Positions 19,827-29,092 of a DNA stretch of 64,000 nucleotides are shown piece by piece. This DNA comes from an uncultured Cellvibrionales bacterium (GTDB lineage Bacteria > Pseudomonadota > Gammaproteobacteria > Pseudomonadales > Porticoccaceae), in assembly GCA_937911225.1 (NCBI GenBank), contig CALDQM010000104.1, positions 7,938 through 71,937 on the forward strand, in the 5' to 3' direction. The translations under genes were made by a program, and so were the position numbers. Positions within the stretch are counted from its first letter, which is position 1. Each line of letters opens with the position of its first letter. The notes beneath the pieces were generated by a model. The model made no database searches and had not been told where the DNA came from. It worked only from the letters and a program-made list of their open reading frames with translations.

Positions 19827-21275
19827 TTAAGCTTGATTAAGAGCTGTCGTCATCTCCACAACTGCCTTCTTACCGTCGCCATAGACCATGATTGTGTGGT
19901 CCATCGCAAAAAGAGGGTTGGGCAGTCCAGCAAAGCCTGGACTCAGTGAACGCTTGATAACCACAACATTTCTTGCCTTGTCGACATTTAAAATCGGCAT
20001 GCCATAAATGGGACTACCTTCAGAGTCTCTGGCCATTGGATTAGTAACATCATTAGCACCAATAACAATTACTACATCAGTGTCTTCAAAGGTGGGATTA
20101 ATTCTATCCATCTCAACCAACTTGTCATATGGCACTTCAGCCTCGGCAAGTAATACATTCATGTGTCCAGGCATACGCCCTGCAACTGGGTGGATACCGT
20201 ATTCAACCTCAGTCCCATTTTTCTCAAGAGCATCTGCCAGTTCACGCACAGCATGCTGTGCCTGAGCCATTGCCATTCCAAAGCCAGGTACAATAACCAC
20301 TCGTTGAGCCGTTTCCAACATCATTGCAACTTCATCTGGCTGCGCACTAGTGACTTTCCCAGCATAAATCTCATCGGCATCGATCTCTTCACCACCGGCA
20401 GCCATCTTTCCGAACAGCACATTAGCCAGTGACCGATTCATAGCAACACACATTATTTGCGTCAAAATAAGACCCGAGGTTCCCACCAATGAGCCAGCAA
20501 CAATGAGGACTGTATTACCCAAAATAAATCCCGCTAAGGCGGCTGCAATTCCAGAATAGGAGTTTAATAATGCAATGACCACGGGCATATCTGCCCCGCC
20601 AATAGGCATAACTAAGAATAGCCCCAATAGTAGCGCAAGCGATAAAATAGTCGCCATCGCTGCAACATTACCAGGATTATTGACTAGTAAGTAGACTGCA
20701 ACTAGCGCACCGGCCAACATAAGGCCGTTGCCTATGGGTCCTCCAGGGAGACCTCTACTTTTCTTAATTAATTCTTGCAGCTTACCAAAGGCAACTAAGC
20801 TGCCGGTTAAGGTCACTGCTCCGATAAGTACGGTAAGGCCAATTGATAAAATTGCTATAGTGCCGACTAACCCATCACCAAAAACGCTACTGGAGACGGA
20901 CACTGGCTCAAAAAAACCATACAAAGACGTCGGGGCCATGCCAACCCGAGTAGCATATTCAGCCAGTGCTATCGTTAGCGACGCGCCACCACCAAACCCA
21001 TTAAGCAAAGCGACCATTTGAGGCATTGAGGTCATTTGCACTTTCAGCGCCATCACTCCACCAATAATACCGCCAACAATCACACCAGCAACCACGTAGG
21101 TAAAATCGACATCATTAATCGTCGTCAAAGTAACTACCACCGCAACCAACATCCCCAACGCAGAGAGCATGTTTCCGCGTACCGCGGTTTTCGGTTTTGT
21201 GAGACCTTTGATGCCAAGAATAAATAAAATGGCTGATAATAAATATATAAAGTTGATTAAATCTGGATTCATCAT
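19827..21275 (-). CDS. pntB: NAD(P) transhydrogenase subunit beta
   Basis: PQMVALLNGFGG, IGGADMPVVIALLNSYSG, VPGFGMAMAQAQH, HPVAGRMPGHMNVLLAEA, IGANDVTNP. Confidence 0.97.
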   Translation of the reverse strand: MMNPDLINFIYLLSAILFILGIKGLTKPKTAVRGNMLSALGMLVAVVVTLTTINDVDFTYVVAGVIVGGIIGGVMALKVQMTSMPQMVALLNGFGGGASLTIALAEYATRVGMAPTSLYGFFEPVSVSSSVFGDGLVGTIAILSIGLTVLIGAVTLTGSLVAFGKLQELIKKSRGLPGGPIGNGLMLAGALVAVYLLVNNPGNVAAMATILSLALLLGLFLVMPIGGADMPVVIALLNSYSGIAAALAGFILGNTVLIVAGSLVGTSGLILTQIMCVAMNRSLANVLFGKMAAGGEEIDADEIYAGKVTSAQPDEVAMMLETAQRVVIVPGFGMAMAQAQHAVRELADALEKNGTEVEYGIHPVAGRMPGHMNVLLAEAEVPYDKLVEMDRINPTFEDTDVVIVIGANDVTNPMARDSEGSPIYGMPILNVDKARNVVVIKRSLSPGFAGLPNPLFAMDHTIMVYGDGKKAVVEMTTALNQA

Positions 21276-21557
21276 CTACTTCCTTTTAAACATAGCAAGC
21301 ATACGATTTGTTACTAAGTACCCGCCAACAACATTGATGGTGGCAAGTGTAACCGCCGTAAAACCGAGCCAATTGACCAGTGCTGGCGAGCTATCCGTAC
21401 CTGCAGCCAATAACGCGCCCACTAGAGTGATGCCAGATACCGCATTGGTTCCAGACATTAACGGAGTGTGTAATGTAGGTGGGACTTTGGTGATCAGCTC
21501 AACACCAAGAAACAAGGCGAGGACAAATAACGCTAAAAGTAAAATTAAGATTTCCAT
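21276..21557 (-). CDS. pntAB: NAD(P) transhydrogenase alpha subunit, membrane part (split alpha, part 2)
   Basis: VPPTLHTPLMSGTNAVSG, INVVGGYLVTNRMLAMF. Confidence 0.95.
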   Translation of the reverse strand: MEILILLLALFVLALFLGVELITKVPPTLHTPLMSGTNAVSGITLVGALLAAGTDSSPALVNWLGFTAVTLATINVVGGYLVTNRMLAMFKRK

Positions 21558-21569
21558 GGATAATTTCTC

Positions 21570-22793
21570 TTATTTTTGGTCAGTAGCTGTAGTGTCTTCA
21601 GCCGTTTCTTGTTCTGGAGTAGTCGCTTCACTAATTTCGGGTAAGCCCAGTAGTTTTCTCATATAAGCGTGTGGAACGTCATTCTGGTGAGCAACTACTG
21701 TTCCCGCTACAATTTCATCATCAAAATTAAGTTGTAAATTACCGCTGTCATCCAGGATAAGTTCTAACAGTGTTTGCATGTTTTTCCCATACATCTGACT
21801 CGCATGGAACGCCAGCTCAGACGGAACGTTCTCCGGCCCAATAATAGTAACGCCATGCGCAGTGATTGTTTTACCCTGCTCGGTCAAATCGCAGTTACCA
21901 CCGCGCTCGGCTGCTAAATCAACGATCACAGCACCTGGCTTCATTGCTTTAACCATCTCTTCGGTGACTAATATTGGTGATTTTGCTCCGGGGATAGCGG
22001 CCGTAGTAATAATAATGTCTTGCTCGGCTACCACAGCGATCATCTGTTCACGCTGTCTGCGTAAGAAGTCATCACCCTGCTCTTTAGCATAGCCCCCTTC
22101 TCCCTCTGACTCACCGGTATCCAAATCTAACTCAATGGGCTTGGCTCCGACGGAGATAATCTGCTCACGCGCCGCGGGTCTTACATCATAGGCTTCAACG
22201 ACGGCACCTAGTCTCTTTGCTGTTGCACAGGCTTGGAGCCCTGCAACTCCAACACCCATAATCAATACTCGAGCGGGCTGCAATGTCCCAGCCGCGGTCA
22301 TTAACATTGGAAATATTCGGGTCGATGCTGATGCACCCATTAATACTGCCTTGTAGCCGGACAACGTGGCCATTGATGAAAGGACATCCATACTTTGGGC
22401 CCGACTGATACGAGGGACTAGCTCTAGCGCTATTGCCGTCGCTCCAGTGCTCGCAACAGTTTGTGCTGCCTGCGGCGACGCAAGAGGGTCCATCATGCCA
22501 ATGACCAGTTGTCCCTGACGCAGCAGTTTTAAATCTGAATCACTATTTTCGTTATTCGCACCGAAACTTTGGACTTGTAAGACAATTTCAGCATCAGAAA
22601 ATATTTGTTCGCGCCTGTCCACCAGAGTCGCCCCCGCTTTGACATACTCGGCATCAGGATAGCCTGCCGATACGCCTGCGCCAGACTGAAGTAGTATTTG
22701 TACACCTTTGTCAGCCAGTGATTGCACGTTAGCTGGCGCCAACGCGACGCGGCGTTCACCTGTTTTAATTTCTGAAGGAATCCCGACGAGCAC
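21570..22793 (-). CDS. pntAA: NAD(P) transhydrogenase alpha subunit, NAD(H)-binding part (split alpha, part 1)
   Basis: GERRVAL, RISRAQSMDVLSSMA, GVGVAGLQA, GEGGYAKE, VDLAAERGGNC. Confidence 0.95.
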   Translation of the reverse strand: MLVGIPSEIKTGERRVALAPANVQSLADKGVQILLQSGAGVSAGYPDAEYVKAGATLVDRREQIFSDAEIVLQVQSFGANNENSDSDLKLLRQGQLVIGMMDPLASPQAAQTVASTGATAIALELVPRISRAQSMDVLSSMATLSGYKAVLMGASASTRIFPMLMTAAGTLQPARVLIMGVGVAGLQACATAKRLGAVVEAYDVRPAAREQIISVGAKPIELDLDTGESEGEGGYAKEQGDDFLRRQREQMIAVVAEQDIIITTAAIPGAKSPILVTEEMVKAMKPGAVIVDLAAERGGNCDLTEQGKTITAHGVTIIGPENVPSELAFHASQMYGKNMQTLLELILDDSGNLQLNFDDEIVAGTVVAHQNDVPHAYMRKLLGLPEISEATTPEQETAEDTTATDQK

Positions 22794-23002
22794 TCAATTC
22801 TCCTTTGATAGGTGTTATTTTAGAATTTTGGTGTGATCTTTATAATGAATCGCTAAATACGATCTCTATTATGCATGTATGTAAAGAGATTAGCAGAATT
22901 AAGATGGCCGATAAACTTTGGTGATCAAATAACCAACATCAAATAAAGCAATATTAATGATACTAGTCCATCTAAGAGTTTTAATGAACATTACGAGGGT
23001 AA

Positions 23003-23956
23003 TCAGCTGGCCCGAGAGATTGAAAAGTCAGCAAGTTCAAGTAGTACATTTTTATAATCGCTTGCAGGCATGTCTAATAGTGCCTGCTTTGCAAGCTCTA
23101 CTTCGTTAACCGCCTGTTGAAAACTGTAAGATAGCCCACCGTGATTTTTAACGATCTGTAAAATCGAACCGAAATCATCTGCAGTTTTTTCAGTTATTGC
23201 TCTGCGTATTAACAACGCGTCTTTTTCCGGAGCGTTGTCGCGAGCAAAAATAAGCGGCAAGGTCATCTTACCCTCGGATAAATCACTACCAATATTTTTA
23301 CCCGTAATTTCGATATCACCTTGATAGTCCAAAACGTCATCAGCGATCTGAAATGCCATCCCAAGATGCTTACCGTAAAGAATCATCGCATCTTGATCAG
23401 TATCCGCTAAACAAGCTCCAACCTGAGCCGCAGCTTCAAAAAGCTTTGCGGTCTTTCGATAGATTACTTGACGATAAATATCTTCAGTAATTTCTGGATT
23501 ACCAGCATTCGCCATCTGCTGCACTTCTCCCTCAGAGATGACATTGGTAGCGTTCGCCATAACACCCATAATCGGCATGTTCGCTATCTCAACCAACATC
23601 TGAAAGGCTCGTGAGTAAAGAAAATCTCCCACAAGTACACTGGGTGCGTTACCCCACTGAGCATTAGCAGTTTGACGACCACGCCTAAGACTGGAGACGT
23701 CGACTACATCGTCATGGAGAAGCGTAGCTGTATGAATAAACTCAATCACTGCGGCCATCTTAAGATGCTCTTGCCCTTTATACCCATTGGCCAAGGCGCT
23801 CAGCAACACAACCACTGGGCGCAGTCGCTTCCCACCGGCCTCAACGATGTACTGACCAATATTCTCCACCAAACCTACATCAGACCGAAGCTGGCTAACG
23901 ATTAACGTATTGACCGCAGTAAACTCGTGTTTCACCACTTTATGAAAAGGTTGCAT
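23003..23956 (-). CDS. ispB: Octaprenyl diphosphate synthase
   Basis: GGKRLRP, LLHDDVVD..RRG, FQIADDVLDY, GKNIGSDLSEGKMTLP. Confidence 0.93.
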   Translation of the reverse strand: MQPFHKVVKHEFTAVNTLIVSQLRSDVGLVENIGQYIVEAGGKRLRPVVVLLSALANGYKGQEHLKMAAVIEFIHTATLLHDDVVDVSSLRRGRQTANAQWGNAPSVLVGDFLYSRAFQMLVEIANMPIMGVMANATNVISEGEVQQMANAGNPEITEDIYRQVIYRKTAKLFEAAAQVGACLADTDQDAMILYGKHLGMAFQIADDVLDYQGDIEITGKNIGSDLSEGKMTLPLIFARDNAPEKDALLIRRAITEKTADDFGSILQIVKNHGGLSYSFQQAVNEVELAKQALLDMPASDYKNVLLELADFSISRAS

Positions 23957-24095
23957 TGAGACCGGAGAAGTTCTGTGTTATTGACGAATCAGCACACTAG
24001 CCAGAGTAACCTCATGTGTCAACTAATAAGGCAAAAAATCAGAGTCAATACGCTCCAATAGCGATTATAGTGACGTTTTGACTCATCCTTTATAG

Positions 24096-24124
24096 TTGCC
24101 GCTGAAAGAAGAAATGGTTAGGAT
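24096..24124 (+). promoter_or_regulatory. Candidate sigma-70 promoter of fabA
   Basis: TTGCCG-N17-TAGGAT ending 27 bp before the fabA ATG. Confidence 0.55.
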
Positions 24125-24151
24125 ACAGTCTTTAATAATGGTCAGTGATCT

Positions 24152-24673
24152 ATGAGTTTCTCCCCAAAGTCATCCTATTCTAGAGAAGAAATCTTGGGCG
24201 CCTCCCGAGGCGAGTTGTTTGGCCCAGACAATGCGAAATTACCCGCCCCTAATATGCTGATGATTGATCGAATTGTCGAAATCAATAATACTGGAGGCAA
24301 GAGTGGTCTCGGCCAGATAATTGCTGAAATCGATATTAGGCCAGATCTCTGGTTCTTTGATTGCCATTTTGAAGGTGACCCGGTAATGCCAGGCTGTTTG
24401 GGTTTGGATGCCCTATGGCAATTGGTTGGCTTCTTCTTAGTATGGAATGGTAATAATGGCAAAGGGCGGGCTCTTGGTGCTGGTGGTGTTAAATTCTTTG
24501 GACAGATACTACCAACTGCAAAAAAAGTGACCTACAAGCTTGATCTAACGCGATTGATTCAACGAAAGCTAGTAATGGGAATCGCCGATGGTTCAGTGGA
24601 AGTAGATGGAAGAGAAATCTACACTGCCAAAGATCTTAAAGTAGGTCTGTTTGCGAACACTGATAGTTTTTAA
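24152..24673 (+). CDS. fabA: 3-hydroxydecanoyl-ACP dehydratase/isomerase
   Basis: [45 protein letters not shown]. Confidence 0.97.
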   Translation: MSFSPKSSYSREEILGASRGELFGPDNAKLPAPNMLMIDRIVEINNTGGKSGLGQIIAEIDIRPDLWFFDCHFEGDPVMPGCLGLDALWQLVGFFLVWNGNNGKGRALGAGGVKFFGQILPTAKKVTYKLDLTRLIQRKLVMGIADGSVEVDGREIYTAKDLKVGLFANTDSF

Positions 24674-24706
24674 TATGGACTCCAATAGAGTAGTACTCAA
24701 CGAGGA

Positions 24707-25927
24707 ATGCAGATGAGACGCGCAGTTATTACGGGTATGGGAATTGTCTCCTGCTTGGGAAATGATAAAACCACTGTTACAAACTCCTTAAGAAACGGTA
24801 TTTCAGGTATTCGCCGTAGAGAAGATTTTGCCGAGATGGGTCTCCGCTGTAACGTCGGAGGACTGATCGATCTAGATCCAAAAGATCATATTGATCGCAA
24901 AGTTTTGAGATTTATGGGCGATTCTGCCGCTTATGGCTACATCGCCGCAGATCGTGCTATTGCAGATGCCGGCCTGTCTGGTGAGATGGTCTCAAACCAC
25001 AGAACTGGCCTTATTATGGGCTCTGGCGGTCTGTCTGGTGAGATGTTTGTAGAGGCGGTTGATGTTATGCGTGCTCGTGGTATTAAGCGCGCAGGTCCTT
25101 ATCGCGTTACTCAAATTATGGCGAGCACAGTTTCTGCTTGTGTTGCCACCCCCCTTAAGATCAAAGGCGTCAATTATTCACTTTCATCTGCTTGTGCAAC
25201 CAGTGCTCACTGTATTGGTCACGCCGTAGAACTAATTCAGCTGGGTAAACAAGATGTACTCCTCGCTGGCGGTGCAGAAGAAATGCACTGGTCTATGGCT
25301 GCAATGTTTGATGCCATGGGAGCGCTCACTAGTAAATATAACGAGACTCCAGCAGTCGCTTCCCGCGCGTATGACGCCAATAGAGATGGCTTTGCGCCCT
25401 CTCTTGGTGGCGGCTGTGTTGTTGTTGAAGAACTCGAACACGCTCTCGCTCGAGGAGCTAACATTATCTGTGAAGTTACAGGGTACGGTGCAACATCTGA
25501 TGGCGCAGATATGGTATCGCCCTCTGGAGAAGGTGCCGAGCGCTGTATGAAGATGGCTATGGATACTGCGTCAGGGCCGATTGATTATATTAACACCCAT
25601 GGTACAAGCACGCCTGTGGGTGACGTTGCGGAACTTGGTGCTATTCGCAACACCTTTGGAGATAACTGTCCTGATATAAGCTCAACCAAGTCTCTTTCAG
25701 GGCACAGCTTGGGTGCTGCAGGGGTTCATGAAACGATTTATTGTATGCTAATGATGGAGAATAATTTTGTAGCTGGTTCTGCAAACATAGATACTCTAGA
25801 TGAGCATGCCAAAGGACTACCTATCGTGCTAAAAACTAAAGATACAGTGCTCAATCGAGTAATGTGCAACAGCTTTGGATTTGGCGGTACCAATGCCAGT
25901 TTGGTGTTAGAAAAGCTTAAGTTATAA
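24707..25927 (+). CDS. fabB: Beta-ketoacyl-ACP synthase I
   Basis: [49 protein letters not shown]; follows fabA. Confidence 0.96.
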   Translation: MQMRRAVITGMGIVSCLGNDKTTVTNSLRNGISGIRRREDFAEMGLRCNVGGLIDLDPKDHIDRKVLRFMGDSAAYGYIAADRAIADAGLSGEMVSNHRTGLIMGSGGLSGEMFVEAVDVMRARGIKRAGPYRVTQIMASTVSACVATPLKIKGVNYSLSSACATSAHCIGHAVELIQLGKQDVLLAGGAEEMHWSMAAMFDAMGALTSKYNETPAVASRAYDANRDGFAPSLGGGCVVVEELEHALARGANIICEVTGYGATSDGADMVSPSGEGAERCMKMAMDTASGPIDYINTHGTSTPVGDVAELGAIRNTFGDNCPDISSTKSLSGHSLGAAGVHETIYCMLMMENNFVAGSANIDTLDEHAKGLPIVLKTKDTVLNRVMCNSFGFGGTNASLVLEKLKL

Positions 25928-26019
25928 TTTAGAATGAATGATTATAAACACCAGCTACTCTAAAACCCATATTCTCAGTCAGACTGCCGGTCGCCGCTTT
26001 TGAGATGTAAGAAGACCTT

Positions 26020-26349
26020 ATGTTAGAGAGCACGACGGCCGCCAACAAAACCTTCGCCAAAGATAGTTATAAACATCTACCTAAGTGTCTAACCATTAGA
26101 CACAGCAACATTGACGGGCTGAGTTTATTTGCGACTGAAGATATTCCAGGCGCGGTTTATCTGGGAGAGACTCACTTCAAAATTGATGCTGCCGAGGACT
26201 GGCTTAGAACACCGCTGGGAGGGTTTATTAATCACAGCGAGGTTAGTAACGCGAGTATCGAGTTACTAGACAATAATCTCAGAGGGCTAACCACGAAGAG
26301 GAATATATTAGAGGGTGAGGAGATCACTGTCACCTACACCCTCTACTAA
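26020..26349 (+). CDS. Minimal SET-domain protein (putative lysine methyltransferase)
   Basis: LTIRHSNIDGLSLFATEDI (motif I-like), RTPLGGFINHSEVSNA (NHS motif), TKRNILEGEEITVTY (GEEL-x-Y motif); no pre-SET or post-SET cysteines. Confidence 0.85.
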   Translation: MLESTTAANKTFAKDSYKHLPKCLTIRHSNIDGLSLFATEDIPGAVYLGETHFKIDAAEDWLRTPLGGFINHSEVSNASIELLDNNLRGLTTKRNILEGEEITVTYTLY

Positions 26350-26401
26350 ACGTCTAAAATCTGATTCACTGGGAGCATTAAACTCCCCGATGCAATCTCG
26401 C

Positions 26402-26878
26402 TTATAAAGCCGCTAAAATTGCTTCTGCGCTTGATCCTTCCAAAGCTGCTTGATCAACATTAAGCAGACTCACAACACCATCGTCAACGATCATAGCAAA
26501 GCGCTGACTGCGTGTTCCCATACCAAAGCCCGTTCCATCGAGCGTAAGCCCAATAGCTGTTGTAAAGTCAGCATTACCATCTGCTAACATCAACAAATGC
26601 TCTGCATTAGAAGCCTTACCCCAAGCATCAACAACAAACACATCATTCACCGACATACAGGCGACGGTATCAACACCCTTAGCTTTGATATCATCAACAT
26701 GAACAACAAACCCTGGCAGATGTGAAACAGAACAGGTGGGTGTAAATGCGCCTGGAACCGCAAACAAAACAACTTTTTTACCCTCAAAAATTTCTGAAGT
26801 ACTAATCCCCGTAGGTCCTTCTGCTCCCATAATAGTGAACATTCCTGCTGGAATCTTATCGCCTACTTTAATTGTCAT
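26402..26878 (-). CDS. Peroxiredoxin, Prx5 type
   Basis: AVPGAFTPTCSVSHLPGF, SVNDVFVVDAWG, RSQRFAMIVDDG. Confidence 0.95.
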   Translation of the reverse strand: MTIKVGDKIPAGMFTIMGAEGPTGISTSEIFEGKKVVLFAVPGAFTPTCSVSHLPGFVVHVDDIKAKGVDTVACMSVNDVFVVDAWGKASNAEHLLMLADGNADFTTAIGLTLDGTGFGMGTRSQRFAMIVDDGVVSLLNVDQAALEGSSAEAILAAL

Positions 26879-26971
26879 AACTACCTCTGCTAAACACTGT
26901 TGAATAAACTGGTCGCGTAGATGCCACCAGCATTGTGAACGTTGTTATCTAAATAAATAGTTCGCTATAAT

Positions 26972-27475
26972 TTAGAACGGGATATCGTCATCAAAGCTGT
27001 CCATACCCTGAGGAGCTTGCTGCTGAGGTGCCTGCTGTTGACCACCCTGCGGCTTATTCTGAGCTGCTGGCTGTTGATATCCGCCCTGCTGCTGCTGAGG
27101 AGGCTGATAACCGCCACCTTGCCCGCCATCTTGACCGCCGCGACTATCAAGCATTTGCATCTCACTGGCGACAATTTCAGTCGTATATTGGTCCTGACCT
27201 TCTTTATTTTGCCATTTACGTGTACGCAGGGCACCCTCTACATAAAGCTTGGACCCTTTCTTGACATACTCACCAGCAATCTCAGCTAAACGATTAAAAA
27301 ATACTACCCTGTGCCACTCAGTTCTCTCTTGAGGTTCACCGCTGGTTTTATCTTTCCAAGACTCTGACGTTGCAATACTCAGGTTAGTGACAGCACCACC
27401 TGAAGGCATGAACCGAGTTTCTGGATCCTGACCGCAGTTACCCACGATGATAACTTTATTTACTCCGCGTGCCAT
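26972..27475 (-). CDS. ssb: Single-stranded DNA-binding protein
   Basis: [21 protein letters not shown], Gly/Gln-rich linker, C-terminal FDDDIPF. Confidence 0.98.
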   Translation of the reverse strand: MARGVNKVIIVGNCGQDPETRFMPSGGAVTNLSIATSESWKDKTSGEPQERTEWHRVVFFNRLAEIAGEYVKKGSKLYVEGALRTRKWQNKEGQDQYTTEIVASEMQMLDSRGGQDGGQGGGYQPPQQQQGGYQQPAAQNKPQGGQQQAPQQQAPQGMDSFDDDIPF

Positions 27476-27492
27476 TTTATTCCCCTAGTCTG

Positions 27493-28851
27493 TTAACGAT
27501 TTATGTATGGTTGCAGACTCGTCATATCCACCTGCAAGCGATCTATTTGAACATAGGCCAAATGCTCCCCTTTGACCAGAAGTATATCTTCAACACCGGT
27601 CACATTTGAAACTATTTTTAGAAAATCTTGCTGATCAAGGTTTCCCAACGACAATACAAGGGTCTGTAACGGGCGAGGGGCTTTTAAGCCCATGGAAACA
27701 AAAGTCCAAACTAATAAAACCAAGCTAATGGTCACAAACAAACCATCTACTCCAAATGTATGCACGCTCCATCCACCGACTAAGCCACCTGCAAAAGCCC
27801 CAAAAAATTGACTAGTGGAATAAATTCCCATCGCAGTCCCTCGATTCCCGACCGGACATACCTTGCTCAGCCAAGAAGGAAGGGTTGCTTCGAGAAGATT
27901 AAATCCCGCAAAGAAAAACAACAACATCAGAGGTGTCAATACTGGACCCCGCTGGCTACTTAGAACGGCAGTCACCAGCGCCATTAGGGCAACTGACGCG
28001 ATAAAGATTAACTTTTGATATCCGAACTTTTCACCCATAATCATCACCGGCAGCATGACAAAAAACCCGCCTCCGAGTAAGCCCAGGTATACCCATGAGA
28101 GATTAACGCCATTTAGACCGAGGTCACCAGACAACATAGTGGGGATGGCGACAAAGGCGGCCATTAGTGCAAAGTGCAGAGCGAAAATCCCAAAATTCAG
28201 ACGCATTAGATTTGAGTCTCTCAACAAAGCTCTAATTTGCTGAGTATCTGCCATCGCTTCGCGATTGCGCATCATGGATACCCCTTTGGGCACCAGAAAA
28301 AAAGCCACACAAATACCTATCATACCAAGTAGCGCAGTTACCCAAAAGACACCTGAAAGACCAAAATTAGCAGTCAATAATGGGCCCAACATCATTGCCA
28401 GCATAAAAGAAAAGCCAATGCTTCCCCCAATTGCCGCCATTGCCTTAGAGCGGTTCTGCTCTAATGTCAGGTCGGCAACCAACGCCATTAGAGTACTTGC
28501 TATTGCTCCTGTGCCCTGCAAGGCACGACCGAGAATCAAACCAGTCATCGTGTCCGCTAACGCAGCAACAACACTTCCCGCAATAAACATTAACAACCCA
28601 CCAATAATGACCGGTTGACGGCCGATCCGATCAGAAAGAAGACCCAAAGGAATTTGTAGTATCGCTTGCGTTAGACCGTAAGCACCAAGAGTCAATCCTA
28701 ACATTAAGGGTGTAAAATCTGGATAGTCGCTGGTGGCTAAAGCAAGAACCGGCAAAACCATAAACAAGCCGAGCATTCTAAAACCAAATAAGCTGGCAAT
28801 AGATAGCGTTGCTCGCCTTTCAGTAGGCGAAAATTGAACATTATCAGTCAA
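27493..28851 (-). CDS. MFS transporter, YajR-like
   Basis: FRMLGLFMVLPVL, LQIPLGLLSDRIGRQP, FNLLEATLPS, GTAMGIYSTSQFFG; located between ssb and uvrA. Confidence 0.9.
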   Translation of the reverse strand: MTDNVQFSPTERRATLSIASLFGFRMLGLFMVLPVLALATSDYPDFTPLMLGLTLGAYGLTQAILQIPLGLLSDRIGRQPVIIGGLLMFIAGSVVAALADTMTGLILGRALQGTGAIASTLMALVADLTLEQNRSKAMAAIGGSIGFSFMLAMMLGPLLTANFGLSGVFWVTALLGMIGICVAFFLVPKGVSMMRNREAMADTQQIRALLRDSNLMRLNFGIFALHFALMAAFVAIPTMLSGDLGLNGVNLSWVYLGLLGGGFFVMLPVMIMGEKFGYQKLIFIASVALMALVTAVLSSQRGPVLTPLMLLFFFAGFNLLEATLPSWLSKVCPVGNRGTAMGIYSTSQFFGAFAGGLVGGWSVHTFGVDGLFVTISLVLLVWTFVSMGLKAPRPLQTLVLSLGNLDQQDFLKIVSNVTGVEDILLVKGEHLAYVQIDRLQVDMTSLQPYINR

Positions 28852-29029
28852 GATGGTTTCAGATTGTAGTTAAGGGAGCCTTCTCTTGACATAATAACAG
28901 CGCATTAGAAAAGGGGACATATTTATCCCTTATTTTTTTCTACCTAAACTTGAATAAAGTGAATTTAATACGCTATTTTTTAGGTCTAGCTTAGGGCAAT
29001 GGCCGTATTAAGATTAATATTTATTTCCT

Positions 29030-29059
29030 TTGCCCAGCGGGTGTTCCGACCTCTATAAT
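29030..29059 (+). promoter_or_regulatory. Candidate sigma-70 promoter of uvrA
   Basis: TTGCCC-N18-TATAAT, 33 bp before the ATG. Confidence 0.55.
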
Positions 29060-29092
29060 TGATGGTTAAAACTTACAAAAAAAGACACTTTA

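Noticed and set aside
23957-24151. FabR or DesT operator upstream of fabA
   Set aside because: No palindrome resembling the known consensus sites was found.
27010-27140. Repeated CAG/CAA tracts in ssb
   Set aside because: This is the ordinary Gln/Gly/Pro disordered linker of SSB, not a repeat element.
28852-29092. LexA SOS box at uvrA
   Set aside because: No CTGT-N8-ACAG in the intergenic region.
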